A stretch of DNA of 64,000 nt from Thecamonas trahens ATCC 50062 (taxonomy: Eukaryota > Protista > Apusomonadida): contig NW_013657646.1 in NCBI RefSeq assembly GCF_000142905.1, positions 309,324 through 373,323 of the forward strand, given 5' to 3'. A program made the position numbers and the translations under genes. The notes under the pieces were generated by a model that ran no database searches, was not told the DNA's origin, and was given only the letters and a program-made list of their open reading frames with translations. Shown here piece by piece: positions 55,701-64,000 of the stretch (its first letter is position 1; every line of letters starts with the position of its first letter).

Positions 55701-56508
55701 GCCTCACACTGTGCTTGTGGCGGAGCCAGGTCGTATTGTGGCGCTCGGCCAGATCACGGTCAATGTGGTGCAGTACGCGGGCTATCCCAGCAGCGAGGGC
55801 GGGATTCTCGCGTTTTTCTCACCGGCATACTACACCGAGAGCATGGACGCGCGCGCCAAGGACCTGTTCTCGCCGGCTGCCTCGGTCTCGATCGGAGCCA
55901 CGGCGACGGTTGACGCGCTTTATGATGCTGTGGCGAGCGCACTCTCGGTCGGACCCAACGAGATCCGGCTGTGGGCAACCGGGGCGCGGCTCAAGGGCGG
56001 CTCGACCGGAAACCTCAAGACGGTCGGCATCCGCGACGGCAGCGTTGTGGTGGCACAGGTCGGCGTCGCGCAGACGGCTGGGTCCGACGTCATCCTCCCT
56101 CTCTACGAGCGGAGCGGAACCGACACGGTGCACTTTACCTTTGCCCGTGAGCTTGTTGTTGCCCGTGACGCGGCCAGCGGCGCCATACTCGCATCCGTCG
56201 TCGAGAGCGTCATCGACAGTGCTGCATCTGGCTGCCGCCTCGCCAAGTACGACCAGTATGCCAACACATGGGCTACGATCCGCAAAGCCGACGTGTCCGA
56301 GTGCGAGCCTGTCTTTGCTAACGACGGCGATGTTGTCGTCTACGACGGGCCGAGCCTCGGCGCCGGCATCGGGGACGACGCAGAGCCAACGGTCCCGCTC
56401 CCGCAGCGGGTCCTCCGCTCGAAGAGCGGCTACGTGTTCCACGACATGCTCGCGCTGCCGACCTATCGTGAAGAAGCCGTCTTGCGCATTGATGCTGGCG
56501 GCTGGTGA
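52789..56508 (+). CDS. Ubiquitin-specific protease (peptidase C19, USP40/USP47/USP7-like with C-terminal Ubl-like regions)
   Basis: Cys box GLSNQGATCYLNALLQ, IPFALQRLF, QHD, two CxxC pairs, LPPVLTITLNRY, His box HAGGAHGGHYHALIRD and WFDFND. Confidence 0.93.
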   Translation: MDMASMSTSNLMSGVHLAGLSNQGATCYLNALLQILYHTPPLRNGVLSLSLEDMGHTSSEYLEWLLSNDAEVWQAKYGSLTEEEVKAEKNGVGGKEIKSGEDALDLAAAIADSEPVMAEVLAMGLGLDPELVVYCVAKHVQNAAIASACEESYDLFALGGADDSSDDGSDGLDAAELTAQSLLDMCLDTEYAEEYAEDVADGRWVDPRTVAPVFVAGSGSAEPEKAKFVPPPPAPDRIRTIPFALQRLFAALSLHTAVSGGHGAVTTHFLTAAFGFSGRDAGVQHDIAELTRLLLDVLQRQLVGSAIEGLVPGLYRGVASRRISCLTCGGSRSTEQPFLDLSLPTAGAASLDAALLQWGMPELMDGANAVSCEACDSRQPSTIRNVLTLLPPVLTITLNRYAWTESGRVKLNDPFAFPLTLDMAALLDGESLAPDDSLRAAAAELAATGSRSETSSTRASAGAGGDDGDDFAFSSFGLFSDPAPVASPEPDTAGELFVSRLGDAARGGSPAEYELFGVVLHAGGAHGGHYHALIRDAESGQWFDFNDASVKPMPLGQLVRSYGVSGSSRESAYMLFYAARLPDGSLAIDVPIIDPAPAPTAIEAHLSFWRKHLRAAASAAAAREAAERAARGERAAAAVAARSSREATAAALPMRPAMRVVERTPHTLCFLVYDAESGAMLPPVVADAHSLVGSLVQDGGWAFVGALVPSLAGGIVAAATDAVIDTTLCVGEWRLAALAEFGLHASIGCALAHVGALVVAPTVTDGTPCFAAVPQLAARRTEVTVFAAGNGFRLAMPCMLSMHTLKSLIVGWLNDELELGLSPHAVGIYACSTTAAPGYSVAWALESGSDPLGVAPALEARGGAVELVLPLLADGVFVAELDDVDEPLEIRVVARSAASRASVSRTELEGAMTLTLSSMTPLQEAMSRVAGAGATDLPSFVLRPTDAGLVPRPDREVFVSRTRALSMYHIRPHTVLVAEPGRIVALGQITVNVVQYAGYPSSEGGILAFFSPAYYTESMDARAKDLFSPAASVSIGATATVDALYDAVASALSVGPNEIRLWATGARLKGGSTGNLKTVGIRDGSVVVAQVGVAQTAGSDVILPLYERSGTDTVHFTFARELVVARDAASGAILASVVESVIDSAASGCRLAKYDQYANTWATIRKADVSECEPVFANDGDVVVYDGPSLGAGIGDDAEPTVPLPQRVLRSKSGYVFHDMLALPTYREEAVLRIDAGGW

Positions 56509-57101
56509 ATGAACACTGTTGAGTACTTGGAACCGCTTGTTTGCCGCATCAGGCTTTTGGCGCGACTTTGTTCCAGCACCGCCTCACGGGGGCATGCCCT
56601 CGCCAAGGCCGTAGCGCACGATTTACGCACGGAAATCATCCCAAAGTAAGGAAGGCTATGTAGTACTAGTTGGGGACACGTTTTGCTTGACAAGGAGTCT
56701 TGTATGACTCTTGAGTCTCTTCTACGGGGAGGGGGGGGAGGTGCGTGTGCGAGGGTGGATGGGAAAAATGAGTGTTCGTCCATCGAAGGTTCCGGGCTGT
56801 GAAGGCTCACCAAGGCCGTTGATGGGCTAGAAGGCCGATGTGAGCAAAGCGATGAAGACGGGCTTACGAAACATGTTAGAGATACTCCGCGGTAGGATTG
56901 GATGGTGTGTATCTGGTGTGCATGATGGCGTGGGGCGTTGCAGACGGCGCGTGGGTCTACGGGCGCGGGGATGGCTGTGGGATGGTAACCGTCGCTTTTT
57001 CTTCGCCAATTTTTTGGGGGCTGGCCGCCATAAAACTCGGCTCGTTTTTGCGGTTGCGAGTCGAAGTCTTGTTTTCCGTACCCCTCTCGAAAACTATCAT
57101 C

Positions 57102-58129
57102 ATGAAGATTGTCGCTTTCCTGGCCATCCTTGCCATCACTTTCGCCATCGCTTCGGCGCACTTCTCCATCTCTTCGGTCTCGACCACCGCGACCGGCACT
57201 GAGACTGTCGGCGTACGTTCCACTTTATGTGTTCCTCTTGCACTCCCTCGAGTCTCTAGTTGTCTTTGAGCTTCTCCGTCCCCCCCCCCCCAGAACGTTG
57301 CATCGTCTCGGGTCGGTCGTTTTTCTGGATGGCGAGATTTTTTGGGGTCGGTCGCCTTGGGCTGCTCTGACCGCCTCTGTCGCCGTTCCTCCCCCCCCCC
57401 CTCCTATCGATTACCTTTCCCCTTCATCCACCCTCTTAGCCAACACCTGCAGTCCGTGCTCTTTGTGGACGCACAACTGTATTGGCTGCATTGCAGCTTG
57501 GCTTTGTCTTGCTCCCCTTGCGGCTCAGCAAATCAGGGTGTCGGGCCAACGGCTGACAAACGTTGCAACCATTTTCGCGCCAGCTTTTTTTCCCATCCCC
57601 CCTTCTCGCCTTCCACTCACCATGCACACCTCCATCCTCCTCTTGCAACCTACAGCTCCGTGGCGGCGGCGACATCGGCTCCGGCGGCAACACCGACTTC
57701 TGCGGTGTTGGCGCTGCTGCCAACGTCTCGACCACCCGCTTCTCCATCGGCGCCGGTGCCACTGCTTACGTCAAGGGTACTGTCGCTAACTCGCACGGTA
57801 ACGCCACCTTCACTGCTCAGGCTGCCCAGGGTGCTTCCCCGACCTTCAACGCCCAGTCCGATGTTATCTACACCGGCACCATGACCTACACCTCCGGCCA
57901 GGCTTTCTCGGCTGACGTCGTGATCCCGACCTCCATCTCTGGTGACGCCACCGTCCAGATCAAGATGGCCACCAGCCTTCCCCCGCAGACCAGCTACTAC
58001 CAGTGCGTTGACGCCACCGTCACCGCCGCTGTCTCGACTGGCTCGTCCTCGGCTGCCGCCACCGCTGCCCCGACTGCCATGATCGCCGCTGTTGTCGCGA
58101 TTGTTGCTTTCGTTGCCGCCCTCCTCTAA
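57102..58129 (+). CDS. GPI-anchored histidine-brace protein, X325/Bim1 (LPMO-like) type; exons 57102-57212 and 57656-58129
   Basis: Signal peptide MKIVAFLAILAITFAIASA is followed by His1 (HFSI). After the GTACGT..TACAG intron come RG, FCG, SH, ATVQI, YYQCVD, a Ser/Ala omega region and a hydrophobic C-terminus. Confidence 0.85.
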
Positions 58130-58433
58130 GTGGATCTGCAACTGCTAAGGTTTTTCCCTTGCACAGGAACGCTCGTTTGCTCTTGTGCGAATGAAATAAT
58201 CCGCGGTCCTGAAAGAACAAAGACCAGTTCATTTTCCGACCTCCGCCACCCCCCCCCCCCCCCCTCCCCACCCCCTTCCCCCTCTCTCTCCTCTTGCCAT
58301 TTCTGCTCATCTCTTCCCCTACCCTTCCATGCCGTGCTGTGGCCACAGATATCCAGCCGCCTCTCTCTCCCACCACCAGACCATTCAAATTCATCAGCGG
58401 TGACATGGTGGTGGCATGGTGGCATGGTGGCAC

Positions 58434-58445
58434 GTTGCCGGCAAC
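58434..58445. promoter_or_regulatory. Perfect palindrome GTTGCCGGCAAC matching the RFX X-box consensus, upstream of the LRR/coiled-coil gene
   Basis: Fits GTNRCC(N0-3)RGYAAC with zero spacer. Function is not shown. Confidence 0.4.
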
Positions 58446-59117
58446 CGAGTCGCCGTTTCGGCCCCAGCCGCCAACCGCCACCGACCGCCACCGACCGCCA
58501 CCAACCCCTTCCTCTCACCACCCCCCACCCCACCTCACCCCACCTCACCCCACCCCATCCCCCCCCCCCCCCCGGNNNNNNNNNNNNNNNNNNNNNNNNN
58601 NNNNNNNNNNNNNNNNNNNNNNNNNNNNNNNNNNNNNNNNNNNNNNNNNNNNNNNNNNNNNNNNNNNNNNNNNNNNNNNNNNNNNNNNNNNNNNNNNNNN
58701 NNNNNNNNNNNNNNNNNNNNNNNNNNNNNNNNNNNNNNNNNNNNNNNNNNNNNNNNNNNNNNNNNNNNNNNNNNNNNNNNNNNNNNNNNNNNNNNNNNNN
58801 NNNNNNNNNNNNNNNNNNNNNNNNNNNNNNNNNNNNNNNNNNNNNNNNNNNNNNNNNNNNNNNNNNNNNNNNNNNNNNNNNNNNNNNNNNNNNNNNNNNN
58901 NNNNNNNNNNNNNNNNNNNNNNNNNNNNNNNNNNNNNNNNNNNNNNNNNNNNNNNNNNNNNNNNNNNNNNNNNNNNNNNNNNNNNNNNNNNNNNNTCACC
59001 CCTTCCCTACCTAACCCCAACCCCCCAACCCCCACCCTACCCTACCCCTACCCTACCCACCCCACCCCACCCCCCCCACCCCCCCCCCCCCACCCCCCAC
59101 CACACACACACTTGTCC

Positions 59118-61257
59118 ATGTCAGCGCAGGGAAGCGGGAGCGCGTCCGAGGCGCTGTTGGACCTCTACGCGGCGCGGTGCAAGGACACTCACGCGACGTT
59201 CAAGCGTGACGACGCAGCGCATTGGCGGGAGATGATGTTCAAGCGACTGGGCGGTGCGGTGTGCAACCTCCGTGGGCAGCTGCTTGGCGTTCACTCGGCG
59301 ATGGTTCTGGCCAAAGTCTTCCGCAATGCAGAGTATGCCGCCATGGACTTGTACGGCAACGTCCTCCGCGATGCCGGCACGGCCTCCATCTGCAAGCTCG
59401 TGCTGGACAACCCGAGGATCCGCGAGCTCAATCTTGGCTGCAACGACCTGACCGACAAGTCGGGGAGGGCTATTGTGGACATGCTCAAAAAGTCGACCTC
59501 GCTGCGGGTCCTGCACCTCGGCCGCGAGCCGAGCCACTACCACGACAACAACCTGACGGCGGCCACAGGCATCGAGCTCGCTGCTGTCCTCGCCGACGGC
59601 AACTCGTCGCTCACGGCGCTGACGCTCAACGGCAATGCCATCGGCGTTGGGCCGGACGGCCTCTCTGCCATCGAGGAGATCGGAAACATGCTGGTCTCGA
59701 CCACCAGCCTCGCCACGCTGCACTTGGCTGAGAACGGTGTGTCTGTCCAGGGCGGACTGGTTCTTGCTCAGGCCTGCTCGCGCAACAAGTCGCTAGCGGA
59801 GCTGGACTTGCACGGCAACGCGTTTTCGCCCGACGTCGGCCTCGCGCTCGCGAATGTGCTGGCGACAAACACGACGCTCGCGGTACTCGACCTGGCGCGG
59901 TCAGGCATCGGCACCCGCGGCGGAGTGGCGCTTGCTGCGGCGCTCCGCGACAACGAGGCCCTGGTCTCGATCAAGGTCGCCGGCAACGACATTGGCGACG
60001 AGGGCGCCCAGGCATTTGCAGTTGCGCTCTCGGAGAACGACACGCTCACCATGCTCGACGTGGCCGACAACGGGATCCGAGTTGAGGGGGGGTGCGCTTG
60101 CGTCTGCGCTCGCTATCAATCCAGTCCTCATCTCGCTCAATCTTGCGGGCAACGGCATTGCCGACGCGACGGCAGAGCCGCTTGCGGCCTCGCTCGCGCA
60201 GCACCCGTCGCTCACCAAGCTCAACCTCAACTCGACCAAGATTTCGGACGTGGGTGGCGTGCTTCTTGCGCAGGCGCTTGCCGATAACCGAGTCCTCAAG
60301 ACGCTCATGCTCAACGACAACTTTCTCTCCGAGACGGCCGGGCAGGAGATGGCGGCGGCGTTTAGCTCGAACGCGTCGATCACCAAGCTGGTGCTCTCGG
60401 GCAACCAGATTAACCACAACACGATTCTGGCGTTCCGCCGGCTGTGCGAGCGCAACCGGTCAGACATCAAGGCCACCCAAGTCCGCCCGCTCAAAAACGA
60501 GGTCATCCGGCTGCTCGGCCAGCAAGAACGACTGTGGGATGCCCAAAAGCAACTCAAGGCGCTGCAGGACGAGCGGGTCGGGCTCCAGCAGGAGATTCGG
60601 ACCATCGAAGCCGACATGGCGTCGCTCAAAGCCGACGAGGACATGGCGGTCAAGATGCTTCAGAAGCAAATTGACCAGCAGAACGCCATCCTCAAGGAGG
60701 TCTCCGAGTCGGTGGCCGAGAAGGAGGCTGAGATTGCGTCGATCGACGACGAGTACGCTGTCAAGATCAACGCCGTCCAGTCGGACCTTGACGAGACGCT
60801 TGCCCGCAAGGAAAAGCTGACAACCGAGCTGGCAACGGCCGAGGCGGACGTTGCCGCGGCAAAGACCAAGCTTGTCGACGACGTCGCCGCCATTAAGCAG
60901 GCGATCGAGGATGCCAAGGCCGCACGCGCTGCCGCGCTCGAGGCCGCCGACGCCGCTGTCGCGCAGGCGCAAGAGTGGAAGGACGCACAGGCCAAGGAGC
61001 TCGAGGAAGCGCTTGCGGCCGAGGCTGCTGCTGCCGCCGAAAAAGCCGACAAGAAGGAGCGCAAGAAGCGTGCTAAGAAGGACGCCAAGGCCAAGCGTCT
61101 GGCAGAGAAGAAGAAGGCCAAGGAGGAGGCCAAGCGCAAGGCCGCCGAGGCCGCCGCCCGCGCCGCCGCCGAGCGCAAGGCCAAGGAGGCCGGCGCCGAG
61201 CTCTCGGAACGCGAGGTGCTTGAGACAAGAGTCGACGAGCTGCTCGGGCTCAAGTAA
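59118..61257 (+). CDS. RNI-like LRR + coiled-coil protein (LRRC45/LRRC74-like layout); frameshift in the G-run at ~60086-60092
   Basis: About 13 repeats of LxxLxLxxNxIxxxG continue across ORFs 58416..60287 and 59854..61257, followed by heptads and a K/E-rich tail. Confidence 0.82.
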
Positions 61258-61372
61258 CACGTAACGGTACGCTCACCCTACCGCGCTGTTGCGCCCCCTC
61301 ATCGTCGTGGTGCTGCCTTTGGTCGAATCTGTCCACTCGGTACCTTTACGGACTAAAACACAGCTCACTTGA

Positions 61373-62949
61373 CTACGCAGCCGGGCGCTTGATGACAAGC
61401 GCCGACGCACCGCCGCCGCCGTTGCAGATGCCGGCAATGCCGACCGACTTGCCCTCGCGAATCAGGGCGTTGAGCAGGGTGACGACGATGCGAGCGCCGG
61501 AGCAGCCGAGCGGGTGGCCGATGGAGACGGCGCCACCGTAGATGTTGACCTTGGCGTCGTCGAGGCCGAGCAGGGCCATGTTGGCGAGGGCAACGACGGC
61601 AAAGGCCTCGTTGATCTCGACAAGGTCGGCGTCGGCGAGCTCGATGCCGGCTCGCTTGCAGGCGACCGGGATGGCATGGGCCGGTGAGGTGGTAAACTTG
61701 GCCGGATCCTGCGAAGCGTCGCCCATGCCCTCGATGGTAGCGTAAACGGTGAGGCCGAGCTCGGCGGCCTTGGCCTCCGAGGCGAGGATGACAGCGGCGG
61801 CACCGTCTGAGATGGTCGAGGCGTTGCCGGCGGTCACGGTGCCGTCGCGCTTGAAGACGGTGCGGAGCGAGGGGAACTTGGCCGGGTTGAACCGGGCCGG
61901 CTCGTCATCGGCGTCGACCACGGTCTCGCCCTTGCGCGACTTGATGACGACCGGCACAATCTCGTCGGCAAAGACCCCGCGTCGGCAGCCGCGCGGGCAC
62001 GCTCGTACGACTGGATGGCGTAGGCGTCCTGCTCCTCACGCGAGATGCCGTGCTCCTCGGCGCACTCCTCGGCGAGGCAGCCCATGGCCTGATCGCCATA
62101 CGGATCCGTGAGCCCGTCCGACGCACACGAATCGCGGAGCTCCGAGTTGCCGTAGCGGAGGCCGCCCCGGGTCGCGGCAGGGAGGAGGAACGGCGCGCCG
62201 GTCATCGACTCCATGCCGCCGGCCACCACCAGATCGGACTGGCCGATGAGAATGGATGCAGCCGCCACGTGGATGGCCTTCATGCCCGACGAGCAGACCT
62301 TGTTGACAGAGGTGCACGGGACAGACGGCAGGATGCCGGCCTTGAGCGCAGCCTGCTTGGCAGGCGCCTGACCCACACCCGCCGAGAGCACATGGCCCAT
62401 GTACACCTCCTGCACGGCCTCGGCCGCCACACCAGCACGCTCGAGTGCACCCTTGATCGCCACCGCCCCGAGCTCGGGAGCCGTCTGGGACGCAAGCGAG
62501 CCCGAAAGCCCGCCCATCGCCGTCCGGGCGTAACCCACGATGCAGACTGTGAAGGGGGGGGGGTGAGTGGGGCGGGGGAAGAGAGGAGAANNNNNNNNNN
62601 NNNNNNNNNNNNNNNNNNNNNNNNNNNNNNNNNNNNNNNNNNNNNNNNNNNNNNNNNNNNNNNNNNNNNNNNNNNNNNNNNNNNNNNNNNNNNNNNNNNN
62701 NNNNNNNNNNNNNNNNNNNNNNNNNNNNNNNNNNNNNNNNNNNNNNNNNNNNNNNNNNNNNNNNNNNNNNNNNNNNNNNNNNNNNNNNNNNNNNNNNNNN
62801 NNNNNNNNNNNNNNNNNNNNNNNNNNNNNNNNNNNNNNNNNNNNNNNNNNNNNNNNNNNNNNNNNNNNNNNNNNNNNNNNNNNNNNNNNNNNNNNNNNNN
62901 NNNNNNNNNNNGGGGGGGAAGAAGGGGGCTTACCCTTGTTGGAAGCCAT
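61373..62949 (-). CDS. ACAT: Acetyl-CoA acetyltransferase (biosynthetic thiolase, ERG10/ACAT type); exons 62949-62934 and 62546-61373, 1-nt deletion at ~61976
   Basis: MASNK, intron GTAAGC..CACAG, then VCIVGYART, GQAPAKQA, VNKVCSSGMKA, VAGGMESM, TAGNASTISDGAAA, EINEAF, GHPLGCSGARI and ICNGGGGASA. Confidence 0.96.
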
Positions 62950-63183
62950 TTGTGTGGTGGAGTACTGTAGTGGATGTAGCAAAGTGTTGGTGTTGGTGGT
63001 GGTGGTGGAGGTGGAGGAGGAGGAGGAGGTGGTGTGTGTGGGGGGGGGGTGGGGGTGGGGGTGGTGGTGGTGGGGTTGTTCGGTTGGGTCGCATTGTCCG
63101 CAGGTGGCCACGTCACGACGCCAGGTGCACACCGGGATTCAGACGCGGGACATGACGGGGCGGGAAGGACTAAGATTTGGGCT

Positions 63184-64000
63184 TTACCGCGGGCGATGCT
63201 TGCGGATGAGGTTGAGGGCGGTGAGAGTGGCGCGTTGGTTGCCGGAACGGATCTTGTTGACGAGGACAGGAATCGAGGCGTAGCCGGTGAGCAATGGCAC
63301 ACCGATGCCGGAGAGATAGTCGACGGCGGCCGAGATGTTGGCGTAGTACTCGGCGTCAGTCGAGGGCGCGGCAAAGAACTGAAAGACCTGCGACTTGACA
63401 AATGTCGGGTAACAGAACTGGACCACGAGGTTGAGCACAACGCCCGAGGTGTAGTCCGAGGCCGGATCGTCGACCCGCAGGCTGGGCTTGCCCATCGAGA
63501 TGAACAGCTTGTTGGTCCACTTGGTCATGACCAGCATGGCCTGCGCCTCGACCTGCCGAGCTGCAGCGGCGGCGGCGGTTGCGTCGTCGTCCGAGTCGTC
63601 GTCTGACGAGGAATCGTCGTTGTCGGCCGGAGTCGGGGCCGGGGCTGGAGCCGGAGCAGGCGCAGCGCTGTTGGACGGCGACGACGGCGCGGGAGACGGC
63701 GACGATGGTGACGCCAGCGGCGAGGCCTCGACCGGCGTGCGGACGACAAAGAGGCGGGTCGAGTCCTCAAACGAGGCAAACTCAAACGGGGCAAAGATGC
63801 CATGGTCCATCAAGCTCTGGCAGTAGAGGGTGACAGCGCGGCGGTCGGGCGTCTTGAACCTGCCCACAAAGTAGTTGACAGCGTCCATGCCGCGGAAGAG
63901 CCGGTGCTGCTTGACCGACAGCGTCTCGTCACGAAACGTGACTGAGAGACGCATCTTGTCGATGAGGCGGAAGAGCTTGTCGCCAGCGGGAATGCCATCC
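63184..64000 (-). CDS. 3' part of a DEP-domain + calponin-homology (CH) domain protein, truncated by the window edge
   Basis: DEP motif FRGMDAVNYF..RRAVTLYCQSLMDHGIF..FEDSTRLF and CH motif KWTNKLF..VDDPASDYTSGVVL..ANISAAVDYL..GV..IRSGNQRATL. Confidence 0.75.
   Translation of the reverse strand, partial: DGIPAGDKLFRLIDKMRLSVTFRDETLSVKQHRLFRGMDAVNYFVGRFKTPDRRAVTLYCQSLMDHGIFAPFEFASFEDSTRLFVVRTPVEASPLASPSSPSPAPSSPSNSAAPAPAPAPAPTPADNDDSSSDDDSDDDATAAAAAARQVEAQAMLVMTKWTNKLFISMGKPSLRVDDPASDYTSGVVLNLVVQFCYPTFVKSQVFQFFAAPSTDAEYYANISAAVDYLSGIGVPLLTGYASIPVLVNKIRSGNQRATLTALNLIRKHRPR

Larger units (their letters stand above)
18963..62911. other. Seven assembly gaps: 18963-19720, 26910-27009, 33808-33981, 39813-39912, 44573-45132, 58576-58995, 62591-62911
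   Basis: Runs of N, each with a G- or C-rich tract on at least one side. Confidence 0.99.

Noticed and set aside
1-64000. rRNA, tRNA, transposons or viral insertions
   Set aside because: No recognisable RNA gene, transposase, reverse transcriptase, terminal repeats or compositional island was found by eye. tRNAscan and Infernal were not run.

Overview
This is eukaryotic nuclear DNA: very GC-rich and gene-dense, with short GT-AG spliceosomal introns near gene 5' ends. Seven assembly gaps are mostly flanked by G- or C-rich tracts. Gene content (ciliary genes, class I myosin, FERM, bHLH, peroxisomal PTS1 enzyme) fits a flagellated amorphean/obazoan protist. The style resembles the apusomonad Thecamonas trahens, but that is inference only. 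About 27 genes can be supported: a 5'-truncated VPS13, casein kinase 1, an FHA-ankyrin-Ubl-multipass membrane protein, CFAP161, a kelch/coiled-coil protein, calcineurin-B-like, IQCB1/NPHP5, TMEM216-family, MRT4, acyl-CoA oxidase, NDUFA4/B12D-like, ANK-FERM-LRR, SLC10A7, myosin I, ATP6AP2-like, a TPR protein, a bHLH factor, a USP, an LRR/coiled-coil protein, a thiolase, a DEP-CH protein and several orphans. The best candidate for an undescribed system is two secreted histidine-brace (LPMO/X325-like copper) proteins about 4.4 kb apart: one fused to an ependymin lipid-binding domain, the other GPI-anchored. Also notable are an acyl-CoA oxidase whose catalytic Glu appears relocated as in LCAD/IVD, and a head-to-head pair of ciliary transition-zone genes. 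About 11 frameshifts, nearly all one base short, are most likely sequencing errors. No rRNA, tRNA, CRISPR or mobile element was recognised.
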